Below are positions 19,073-26,483 of a stretch of 64,000 nucleotides of DNA, in pieces. Both the position numbers and the translations under genes were made by a program. The notes under the pieces were generated by a model. That model saw only the letters and a list, made by a program, of their open reading frames with translations. It searched no databases and had not been told where the DNA came from. Source of the stretch: a virus (lineage: Duplodnaviria > Caudoviricetes); IMG/VR virus record IMGVR_UViG_3300009180_000041, positions 984 through 64,983 of that record. The stretch is one strand, 5' to 3'. Every line of letters starts with the position of its first letter. Positions within the stretch are counted from its first letter, which is position 1.

Positions 19073-19103
19073 AGACCCATACGAAAGTGTGGGTCTTTAT
19101 TTA
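19073..19103 (+). terminator. GAAA-tetraloop hairpin / intrinsic terminator
   Basis: AGACCCATAC-GAAA-GTGTGGGTCT followed by TTATTT. Confidence 0.7.
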
Positions 19104-19210
19104 TATGTATGTGGCTAACATATGTGTGGTAATGTATTCCAATGTTAAGTTGTTGTCCACTTTTGTTGTGCCCACTCCTGACCCTGTTATATCCCCATAA
19201 AAATATATAC

Positions 19211-19310
19211 AAAAAGATTCCTACATGTGACTCATTTACAATTTAATTTGGTTAAAGAGATTCCTACATGTAACAGTTAATACTGGGTTTGGGTTAAAGA
19301 GATTCCTACC
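19211..19310. repeat. three AGATTCCTAC boxes at 42-43 bp spacing
   Basis: GATTCCTAC at 19216, 19259 and 19301; two are preceded by GGTTAAAGA. Confidence 0.8.
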
Positions 19311-19399
19311 ACATATAATTTATATTAAATTTAGGTTTTAATTTTAAAAAAAGATAGTAAAAAACTGGACTTTATTATGGTAGTATGTTATATTATAGT

Positions 19400-19606
19400 A
19401 TGAAAAATAATATTAATAATTTTATTGACCACAACTTTAACGAGTTTATTAATTTGACTGACAGTGAAGTGTGTCACATTGATCTTAGTGAATTTACACA
19501 TGATGAAGTACTGTACTTACAGAGTATTGAAAGACATGATTATAGAAATATATGTGTGTATTATGCTCACTCAGACAATAAAGTGTGGGTTGAAAATATG
19601 TCGTAA
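19400..19606 (+). CDS. hypothetical protein, apparently leaderless
   Basis: ATG lies 13 nt after the promoter core at 19387. Confidence 0.6.
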   Translation: MKNNINNFIDHNFNEFINLTDSEVCHIDLSEFTHDEVLYLQSIERHDYRNICVYYAHSDNKVWVENMS

Positions 19607-19933
19607 TTGATTCCTACACCAATTAGATTGTATTGGATTATGGTGGTAAAAGATTCCTGCCACCATTATATGTACTTAAAATCCAGTTAAAAATACTAAA
19701 AGTAAAAAAGATAATTTTATGTTAAATGGTTATATTATAGTATGTTAAATAAAAATAATAAAAATATAATTAAAAAGTTATTAAATAAAAAAGATATATT
19801 ATATAAAATAAGTTATATTATAATAAATAAAATAATAATATATAAATAAAATAAATAATATATTATAAAAAAAGAAGAATAATAATAATAAAAAGGTTAT
19901 ATTATAATAATAAAAAGATAAAAAATAAAAAAT

Positions 19934-20251
19934 ATGAAAAATTTAGAAATTAGAAAACCAGGAAGACCAATTGTTGAAAACAGTAAAAGACAATTAGAAT
20001 TAAAAAGTAAAGAAGAATTAAGAAGTTTAGGTTTAATTAAAAAAGGAAGACCAATTAAAGAAGACTCTAAAAGACAAAATGAGTTAAAAAGAAAAGAAGA
20101 ATTAAGAAGTAAAGGTTTATTAAATGGTAAAAAAGGAAGACCAATTAATTTAAATAGTAAAAAACAATTAGAATTTAAAAGAAAAGAAGAATTAAGAAGT
20201 AAAGGTTTATTAAAATTAGGTAGACCAAAAGTTAATAAAGAAGAGGTTTAA
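19934..20251 (+). CDS. multi-AT-hook-like basic repeat protein
   Basis: Four GRP motifs with repeated NSK(R/K)Q.E..RKEELRS.GLL. Paralog of 23101. Confidence 0.8.
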   Translation: MKNLEIRKPGRPIVENSKRQLELKSKEELRSLGLIKKGRPIKEDSKRQNELKRKEELRSKGLLNGKKGRPINLNSKKQLEFKRKEELRSKGLLKLGRPKVNKEEV

Positions 20252-20265
20252 ATAACCTCTTTTTT
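20241..20265 (+). terminator. intrinsic terminator
   Basis: AAGAGGTT-TAAAT-AACCTCTT followed by a T run. Confidence 0.75.
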
Positions 20266-20327
20266 AATTTTTTAGAGTGTTGGTGTTAAATAAGTTATAT
20301 TATATTATATAAAAAGATAAAAAAATT

Positions 20328-20624
20328 ATGAATAAAAAAAGACAAGTTGTAAGTAAGAAAGTTAGAGAGTATGTTAGACAAATTATGAATAATAGAAATA
20401 TTGATGTAATTGGTATGGAAAAATTGAGAAAAGAATTTAAAAGTAGTAATTGTAAAGTATTATTAGAATTAGATAATGAGTATAGAAAGACTTGTATTTA
20501 TAGAAATGGAGATGTAATGTATAATAGTTTTTATAGTTATAATGATAGGTTTTATAAGTTATTAAGAGATGGTGGGGTTTATATGACTATAATTGGAAAT
20601 AAGATGGTTATTTGTTTAGAATAA
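20328..20624 (+). CDS. basic hypothetical protein, paralog of 16320..16634
   Basis: YNDRFYKLLRDGG. Confidence 0.75.
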   Translation: MNKKRQVVSKKVREYVRQIMNNRNIDVIGMEKLRKEFKSSNCKVLLELDNEYRKTCIYRNGDVMYNSFYSYNDRFYKLLRDGGVYMTIIGNKMVICLE

Positions 20625-20644
20625 CCATTTTTTGTTATATTTAT

Positions 20645-20915
20645 CACCGCACACTATTACACACAGTGGTTAGTTAAGACAGGCCTTTGAGCAAGTCCAA
20701 CGTTAGTACACAGCTGAGGCACCGTAACACGTTACACAATGAGTAAATTAGTGAGCAAATTGATTCGACGTTCTGACATTAGTAGCTTGATGCATTAGGC
20801 AGATGATAGCATATCTAGTTGCTCGACACTTAATTGTGTTCGGGCTTTCCTTGACTTTGATTCCTATGTTGATTACCTGTGTACTCAGTACACTGTTCAC
20901 AGCATGGGAAAGTGT
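20645..20915 (+). ncRNA. candidate structured non-coding RNA
   Basis: GC-richer island with no long ORF after a promoter-like GTTATATTTAT. Long-range pairs AGTACACAG/CTGTGTACT and GAGCAA/TTGCTC, plus local hairpins. Confidence 0.45.
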
Positions 20916-20959
20916 TTAGATAAATTTGATAAAACTAGTAAAACTTGTTATATTATAGT

Positions 20960-21142
20960 ATGTTAAATAAAGATATGAAAATAGGTACTAAAGTAAAAGC
21001 AGGTATTAATTTACCATTACAAAATATTGGTTATAGTATTGAGTATTTTGATTGTGAAATTGTTAAAATAAATAAAGTTACTTGTTTAGTAAAATTTGAA
21101 AATGGTAGTGTTAAGAAAGTAATGAAGAATTTAATAAAGTAA
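20960..21142 (+). CDS. small beta-rich hypothetical protein, apparently leaderless
   Basis: KIGTKVKA N-terminus shared with the next gene. Confidence 0.6.
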   Translation: MLNKDMKIGTKVKAGINLPLQNIGYSIEYFDCEIVKINKVTCLVKFENGSVKKVMKNLIK

Positions 21143-21155
21143 GTTATATTATAGT

Positions 21156-21434
21156 ATGATAAAAGATATTAAAATAGGTACTAAATTAAAAGCAGTTAAA
21201 GACGTTTATTATGTTTCAAAAGATACGTTTTATGAAGACTGGTATACACAAGAAGAAATAATGAAATGTGTAAATAAGATGATTACAGTAGGTGATGTGT
21301 ATGAGTTTGTTATTGATGATTTTGTTAATGAAGAATGGGAATGTATTGAAGGTAGTATGTTAGGTGAGTTTAGTGATGGTTATTTTGAAATGGCTAGTAT
21401 GATAAAAAAAGGAGTATTTGAAGTAGTAGAATAA
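21156..21434 (+). CDS. hypothetical protein, apparently leaderless
   Basis: ATG 13 nt after the promoter core. Ends VFEVVE. Confidence 0.7.
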   Translation: MIKDIKIGTKLKAVKDVYYVSKDTFYEDWYTQEEIMKCVNKMITVGDVYEFVIDDFVNEEWECIEGSMLGEFSDGYFEMASMIKKGVFEVVE

Positions 21435-21460
21435 GTTGGAGTAATAGGTTATATTATAGT

Positions 21461-21694
21461 ATGATAAAAAATAATTATAATTTAGTAAAAGAAGTTATTG
21501 AAAGTTTAGAAAGTACTAGTATTTTAAATACTTTTTTAAGTACTTTTAAAGTAGGTAAAAATATAAAAAAGAAAGATTATATTGAGTTTTTATGGAAATA
21601 TATTGATGATGGTAGTGAAATGTATTATGTTGAATTAAATTGGAAATATATTAAGAGTGGTGGTGATGAAAGTGTATTTGAAGTAGTAGATTAA
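21461..21694 (+). CDS. hypothetical protein, apparently leaderless
   Basis: ATG 13 nt after the promoter core. Ends VFEVVD. Confidence 0.65.
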   Translation: MIKNNYNLVKEVIESLESTSILNTFLSTFKVGKNIKKKDYIEFLWKYIDDGSEMYYVELNWKYIKSGGDESVFEVVD

Positions 21695-21720
21695 GTTAGG
21701 TAAATAAGTTATATTATAGT

Positions 21721-21996
21721 ATGTTAAATAAGGTTTTAGATTTAAAAAATAAATTTGATTTTTTCATTTATAGTTTAATTGAAAATAGAGAAAATGGTGA
21801 TTGGGATACTTATGAAGATGGAGAAATTATAGAGTATATTTGGGATTTGAGAGATGAAAGTTGGTTTGATTTAGATTTTAGTTTTAATAGTTTAAGTGAG
21901 TATATTGGTGAGGGAATATGTTATAGTGATGGTTATAGTGTAGAATTAAAAGATTATAAAATGATTGTTGAGATTGTTTATAAAGAATTAGATTAA
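21721..21996 (+). CDS. acidic hypothetical protein, paralog of 17986..18249
   Basis: Clear end-to-end similarity to 17986. Confidence 0.8.
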   Translation: MLNKVLDLKNKFDFFIYSLIENRENGDWDTYEDGEIIEYIWDLRDESWFDLDFSFNSLSEYIGEGICYSDGYSVELKDYKMIVEIVYKELD

Positions 21997-22034
21997 GTTA
22001 GTAAAGTAAGTTATATTATATAAGATAAAAAGTT

Positions 22035-22292
22035 ATGATAGTAAGTATAAAAGATACAATGTGTGACATTAAAACGTTCAATAGTACAAAATACATAAGT
22101 GAAAAAGATGTATTTAGAATAATTAACCGTAAGGTGAGAACAAAGAGGGGCAAAACAATGTCTAAAGAAAAAGTAGCTGATTATGAAAGTCAAGGTTTGA
22201 GATTACATAATGAAATGTACTATGTATTACTATTAGATTTTGATGATTGTTATCACAATAATATGTTAAAAACTGTCAATTACGAGGACTGA
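22035..22292 (+). CDS. hypothetical protein
   Basis: Own promoter at 22010. Confidence 0.6.
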   Translation: MIVSIKDTMCDIKTFNSTKYISEKDVFRIINRKVRTKRGKTMSKEKVADYESQGLRLHNEMYYVLLLDFDDCYHNNMLKTVNYED

Positions 22293-22413
22293 TGTTATAT
22301 TATAGTATGATGTATGTATTTGGAATCGTAGAATTAGTTATTATGGTATTAATATACCGTAATGTAGTTAAAACACTTAATCGTAGTAAGAACACTTACA
22401 TTAAGTAATATAT

Positions 22414-22521
22414 AGTCAGGTGGCGGAATGGAGCGTGGTGTCCACGCTCGTGGTAGACGCTATACTTAAGCAGTTGAAGCTGGGTAATTCAACAATATAG
22501 GTTCGAGTCCTATCCTGATTA
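22414..22521 (+). tRNA. tRNA-like RNA / aberrant class II (Leu-type) tRNA with a hairpin inserted in the D loop
   Basis: Acceptor AGTCAGG/CCTGATT, D arm GCGGAATG...GGTAGACGC, T arm ATAGG-TTCGAGT-CCTAT. Insert GAGCGTGG-TGT-CCACGCTC. A CTTAA remnant lacks a paired anticodon stem. Confidence 0.65.
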
Positions 22522-22524
22522 CAA

Positions 22525-22899
22525 ATGAAACAATGTAAAAAATGTGGTACAAATAAACCACTAACTGAGTATGGTAATAAAACAGATGAATCAGATGGTT
22601 TACACCTATATTGCAAGATATGTGTGAATGGAGAATATGATTCTACTAAATATAAAAAATATAAACTGAATAAACACTATGGCATTACACCTGAACAATA
22701 TGATAATATGTTAACTGATCAACAGGGAAAATGTGCCGTATGTGGGGATATAATGACTCAACCACATGTTGACCATTGCCATACTACAGGTAAGGTACGA
22801 GGCTTATTATGCATAAACTGCAATCAAGGCTTAGGCAAGTTCAAAGACGACACTAATAAACTCCAGCATGCAATTGATTATCTAAACAAATTTAGTTAG
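22525..22899 (+). CDS. endonuclease VII-like HNH endonuclease
   Basis: YGITPEQY, CAVC, HVDHCHTTGKVRGLLCINCNQGLGKFKD. Confidence 0.92.
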   Translation: MKQCKKCGTNKPLTEYGNKTDESDGLHLYCKICVNGEYDSTKYKKYKLNKHYGITPEQYDNMLTDQQGKCAVCGDIMTQPHVDHCHTTGKVRGLLCINCNQGLGKFKDDTNKLQHAIDYLNKFS

Positions 22900-23100
22900 A
22901 CTGCCCTGAGTACCACTATGTATATTAGTGTGTCTTTTTATATTATGTTGGTACTTCGTTATGGAGTACTTTCCGTGTGCGTAGTATGGTGCCTTAGATT
23001 TTATAGTAACACTACCCACAAAAACACTGTACGAAATTTTAGATTTACTTATGCAAGCAAGTTATATTATAGTATAATAAGATAAATAAGATAAAAAAAT

Positions 23101-23415
23101 ATGAACACACAAACTAAAAACAAAGTAGGCCGTCCAGTAGTACAAGGTAGTAAAAGACAAATTGAATTGAAATTGAAAGCTGAATTGCGCTCACAGGGCC
23201 TACTGAAGAAAGGCCGCCCGGTAGTTGAAAACAGTAATCGTCAATTAGAATTACAACGTAAAGCTGAACTACGTAGTCAAGGTGTATTGACAGGTCGTAA
23301 AGGCCGTCCAGTTGATCCAAATTCAAGAAAACAGTTAGAATTTAAACGTAAACAAACAATGCGTGAAAATGGTACACTAAAATTAGGTAGACCGAAAATG
23401 GTTAAGCAAGATTGA
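23101..23415 (+). CDS. multi-AT-hook-like basic repeat protein, paralog of 19934
   Basis: VGRP, KKGRP, RKGRP and LGRPK. Confidence 0.8.
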   Translation: MNTQTKNKVGRPVVQGSKRQIELKLKAELRSQGLLKKGRPVVENSNRQLELQRKAELRSQGVLTGRKGRPVDPNSRKQLEFKRKQTMRENGTLKLGRPKMVKQD

Positions 23416-23442
23416 TAAACGTATACGATATCGAATCGTGGT

Positions 23443-23476
23443 AAGAGAAAGGGCAAGATCTGCTCTTTCTTTTTTT
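23443..23476 (+). terminator. intrinsic terminator ending the early region
   Basis: AGAAAGGGCA-AGATC-TGCTCTTTCT followed by a T run. Confidence 0.7.
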
Positions 23477-23719
23477 GTGTGCGTATACGGTACGTGTGTG
23501 TCACACTACTGGTGCGATACAGTACCCACGCCGAACCGATGTCAATACACGCGTGTGTTTGGTTGTGAGGCTGGTGTTATGAACTTTTACACATAAAACG
23601 ACTTTTAGCCCACCCGGCCTTGTATATACTTATATTCCAAACCTTACTTCAATTTCCACAAATCCAACTTTTTCCTTTTGAACAAAAGTACTTTAGGTCG
23701 ACCAGTATATACTTATCTA

Positions 23720-24298
23720 CTAGAATATATACTCAGAGTAAGTCTTCTTAGTAGGAACTACGTTAGGAAAGTAGTACTTTTCCATTAATTCACCATTAAA
23801 ATAAATAAACTTATAAAAACCCGTTGGTACCCAAGCACCTGTTGGGAGTACATTTTGTTGTGTAAATGTACAAACAATTTTGACTTTCACATTGCCTGTC
23901 ATACTTAAGTTTCTCTCGTGTAATTCCAATACTCTCCACACAGTTCTGTTAAGTTTTTCGTTTTGTAAACAACAATTTAAGTACGAAAACGTTTTCAATA
24001 GTATTTCCTTACTACAATTAAAACTAGCAGCAGGTGCCATATGACCTTTGTCGTAAACATTGTTTACATAGTCGTTATTGTCAGATGTAATATAACCACT
24101 TACAGTGTAAAAATCCATTCCTACTCTTGAGGCTTTACCATCAGTACAAAGGACTGTGTATTCTGACCACAATGGTTGTTGTTTAACTTCACTGTACATG
24201 GTTTTATAAATACCCATGTTAACAAACACACTGTCTCTCTGACTGTATAAACTCAGACTAATGAGACTAAAGACTAATACTAATATATATTTTTTCAT
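23720..24298 (-). CDS. secreted DNA/RNA non-specific endonuclease (NucA/EndA family)
   Basis: Signal peptide, YDKGHMAPAA, LNRTVWRVLE and VPTGFYK. Confidence 0.9.
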   Translation of the reverse strand: MKKYILVLVFSLISLSLYSQRDSVFVNMGIYKTMYSEVKQQPLWSEYTVLCTDGKASRVGMDFYTVSGYITSDNNDYVNNVYDKGHMAPAASFNCSKEILLKTFSYLNCCLQNEKLNRTVWRVLELHERNLSMTGNVKVKIVCTFTQQNVLPTGAWVPTGFYKFIYFNGELMEKYYFPNVVPTKKTYSEYIF

Positions 24299-24649
24299 TT
24301 AATTTTGTTTTACTACTTTAAATAATGCTTTTTCAATTATGTATCCATTATTAATAAAATACTTTAAACTGTCTACATTACAGTGGGCATACACTGTTTT
24401 ATTTGTTTCTTTTACTTTTGAGTCTCTGTAGTTCCATAGGAGTTTATATATGCCTTTACTTCTGTGTTCTTCTTTAACATAAGCATGACAAAGATACACT
24501 ACTGTAGGATGTTCAACATACGAAACAATACCTACTAATTCATCTTTAATCCAACAACCATAGTACTTTGCTGATTCATCTAGTAAGTCTGGTTTTAAAC
24601 TACCAAATACTTTTTCTACTTCTTTGTATGTAATACTTTTAATTTCCAT
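24299..24649 (-). CDS. GNAT acetyltransferase
   Basis: AYVKEEHRSKGIYKLL acetyl-CoA motif. Confidence 0.85.
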   Translation of the reverse strand: MEIKSITYKEVEKVFGSLKPDLLDESAKYYGCWIKDELVGIVSYVEHPTVVYLCHAYVKEEHRSKGIYKLLWNYRDSKVKETNKTVYAHCNVDSLKYFINNGYIIEKALFKVVKQN

Positions 24650-24833
24650 TTTTTATGCCTAATGCCCAAACTGAGTTTGGAAATAATTGTACTCTTAATT
24701 CTAAAATCCTGTCTCTGTGATTTTGAAACATATCTCCGTAGGAGGGTTTAAAACCACTTAACACCATCTTAGTCATCTCATAATCTAACTTTACTATTTC
24801 ACTTGTTTTCTTTTGAAATTCTGTGTAATTCAT
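24639..24833 (-). CDS. hypothetical protein
   Basis: First gene of the minus-strand operon, with TTGGTT-N17-TATACT upstream. Confidence 0.65.
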   Translation of the reverse strand: MNYTEFQKKTSEIVKLDYEMTKMVLSGFKPSYGDMFQNHRDRILELRVQLFPNSVWALGIKNGN

Positions 24834-24902
24834 TACTTTATCTAAATATAGTATAATACAAAAATCTTACAAAACCAAGTCTTTTTTACATATTTATCGT
24901 AA

Positions 24903-25292
24903 ATGATAAAATTAACTGAATTAATTACTAATGAAATTGAAGAATACGATGTTGAAAACATTAATGATGTTCGTTCGTTTATTCAATTTATGAGAGAATA
25001 TAAGTCTACTGACTGTGGAACTTGTTTAAGAGAAGCAGAATACAAAGGCCGTAAGGTCCAACTAGGCAAGCCTATGCAAGGTGATGTTAAGAAGTTTAAG
25101 GTGTATGTTAAAAATCCTAAAGGTAAAGTAGTTAAAGTTAACTTTGGCTTTGGAGGTACATCTGCTAAAGGCAAACGAATGGTTATTAAGAAAAATAATC
25201 CAAAACGTAGGGCAGCTTACAGAGCAAGACACAACTGTAGTAATCCAGGACCAAGACATAAAGCAAACTATTGGTCTTGTAGAAAGTGGTAA
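24903..25292 (+). CDS. late protein with MIKL leader and basic C-terminal domain
   Basis: MIKLTEL...LRE, then KKFKVYVKNPKG...RARHNC...YWSC. Confidence 0.8.
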   Translation: MIKLTELITNEIEEYDVENINDVRSFIQFMREYKSTDCGTCLREAEYKGRKVQLGKPMQGDVKKFKVYVKNPKGKVVKVNFGFGGTSAKGKRMVIKKNNPKRRAAYRARHNCSNPGPRHKANYWSCRKW

Positions 25293-25293
25293 T

Positions 25294-25848
25294 ATGATTA
25301 AACTTACAAACATATTAAATCAAATTAATGAAAGTAAACAAGTAGGTAATTTATATCATTTTACTTATGATAGTTCTATACTTAATATACTTAAAAATGG
25401 TTTACGGTTTGCTCCAGATAATACAGAATTAGATAAATATAAAGATACATTTTATATATCTACTACAAGAGACTACACAGGACATAAGTTTTATAATGAA
25501 TTGGAAGCTAAAGTTAGAATTACATTAGATGGTAATAAAATTTCAGAAAGATATTTAATAAGACCTATTAGTGTAGAAAATATATGGGTAAAAAATAGTG
25601 GTTTAGATTGGAATAAATCACCTGTTAAAGATGTATTTTATGAAGAAAGAATATTTTCATCAAAAGGAGGATATTTAGATCCAAAATATATAATTAAAAT
25701 AGATACTACTATTACTGAAGAGGAAATAAAAAGAGGAATTAATTGGGGTAAAGAAGACAGTAATAGAATAACATATTTTGATAATAGTATACTCGATTAT
25801 ATTAATAGTGGTAAATTAAATTTTGTTAAAAATTTCAATGTAAAATGA
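25294..25848 (+). CDS. putative ADP-ribosyltransferase-fold protein with MIKL leader
   Basis: Likely start ATG 25294. LYHFT..SILNILKNGL, ISTTR and YEER match the ART-fold strand pattern. Confidence 0.6.
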   Translation: MIKLTNILNQINESKQVGNLYHFTYDSSILNILKNGLRFAPDNTELDKYKDTFYISTTRDYTGHKFYNELEAKVRITLDGNKISERYLIRPISVENIWVKNSGLDWNKSPVKDVFYEERIFSSKGGYLDPKYIIKIDTTITEEEIKRGINWGKEDSNRITYFDNSILDYINSGKLNFVKNFNVK

Positions 25849-26483
25849 TTAAACTTACAAACATATTAAACCAAATTCTTCTTGAAGAAAAAACTAAACG
25901 TGACAGGTGTCTTAGGATAGCTGATCGTAAGTTTGACAAACCATCAGCATATAAGTCTGGGGCTGTGGTTAGATGTCGTAGAGGTAAAATATGGAAAGAC
26001 TTAAAAGAAGATACTAGAAATTATATTAATTGGAATGAAAATTATGGTAAAACTTTTAAAATAGTTAATACACCTGAAGGAGCACAATCTGGAGGTGAAT
26101 GGAATCCTAATTTAGTTTCAATTGTAACACCAGAAAATAAAAATACTTGGAGTAATTGGAAGGAAGTTTCTCAAGATATTTTAAATAATTTTAAAAAAAA
26201 TTGGGATGAAATTCAAAAATCTTTAGGAGACCATAAATACAACCAAATAATTAAAAGTCAACAATTAAACGAAGACGAAAGTCTTCATAAATGGTTCAAA
26301 CGTCGAGGCCCTAAAGGTAAAGAAACCGGTTGGGTAGATTGTAACGCACCCGATGGAAAAGGAGGTTATAAGTCTTGTGGTAGAAAAAAAGGTGAGACAC
26401 GTAGTAAGTATCCTGCTTGTAGACCTACTCCTAGTGGTTGTAAAAGAAAAGGTAAAGGTAAAACTTGGGGCAAAACAAAATGA
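25845..26483 (+). CDS. late multi-segment protein with MIKL leader
   Basis: Basic Cys-containing segments separated by LEE, LKE and LNE. Confidence 0.75.
   Translation: MIKLTNILNQILLEEKTKRDRCLRIADRKFDKPSAYKSGAVVRCRRGKIWKDLKEDTRNYINWNENYGKTFKIVNTPEGAQSGGEWNPNLVSIVTPENKNTWSNWKEVSQDILNNFKKNWDEIQKSLGDHKYNQIIKSQQLNEDESLHKWFKRRGPKGKETGWVDCNAPDGKGGYKSCGRKKGETRSKYPACRPTPSGCKRKGKGKTWGKTK

Larger units (their letters stand above)
687..23071 (+). promoter_or_regulatory. Dispersed family of about 30 early sigma70-type promoters: (T/A)GAYT-like -35, 17 bp spacer, TATATT -10, core GTTATATTATA
   Basis: The core starts at 687, 1465, 1937, 2785, 3270, 5935, 6717, 7778, 9478, 10548, 12490, 14122, 15289, 16307, 16658, 17530, 17973, 18280, 19387, 19729, 19812, 19896, 20294, 20947, 21143, 21448, 21708, 22010, 22294 and 23061, nearly always just upstream of an ORF. 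Example: TTGACT-N17-TATATT at 14101. None noticed after 23.1 kb. Confidence 0.88.

Noticed and set aside
19216-19310. Canonical CRISPR mini-array
   Set aside because: The conserved part is only about 10-19 nt with a 43 nt period. Retained as phased boxes instead.
2783-20960. A protein family starting MLYYS (2783, 16305, 19385, 20945)
   Set aside because: This is the promoter TGTTATATTATAGT being translated; the likely starts are downstream ATGs.
25144-25293. N-terminal extension of the ART-like ORF
   Set aside because: It overlaps the 24903 gene, and the MIKL leader at 25294 marks the probable start.
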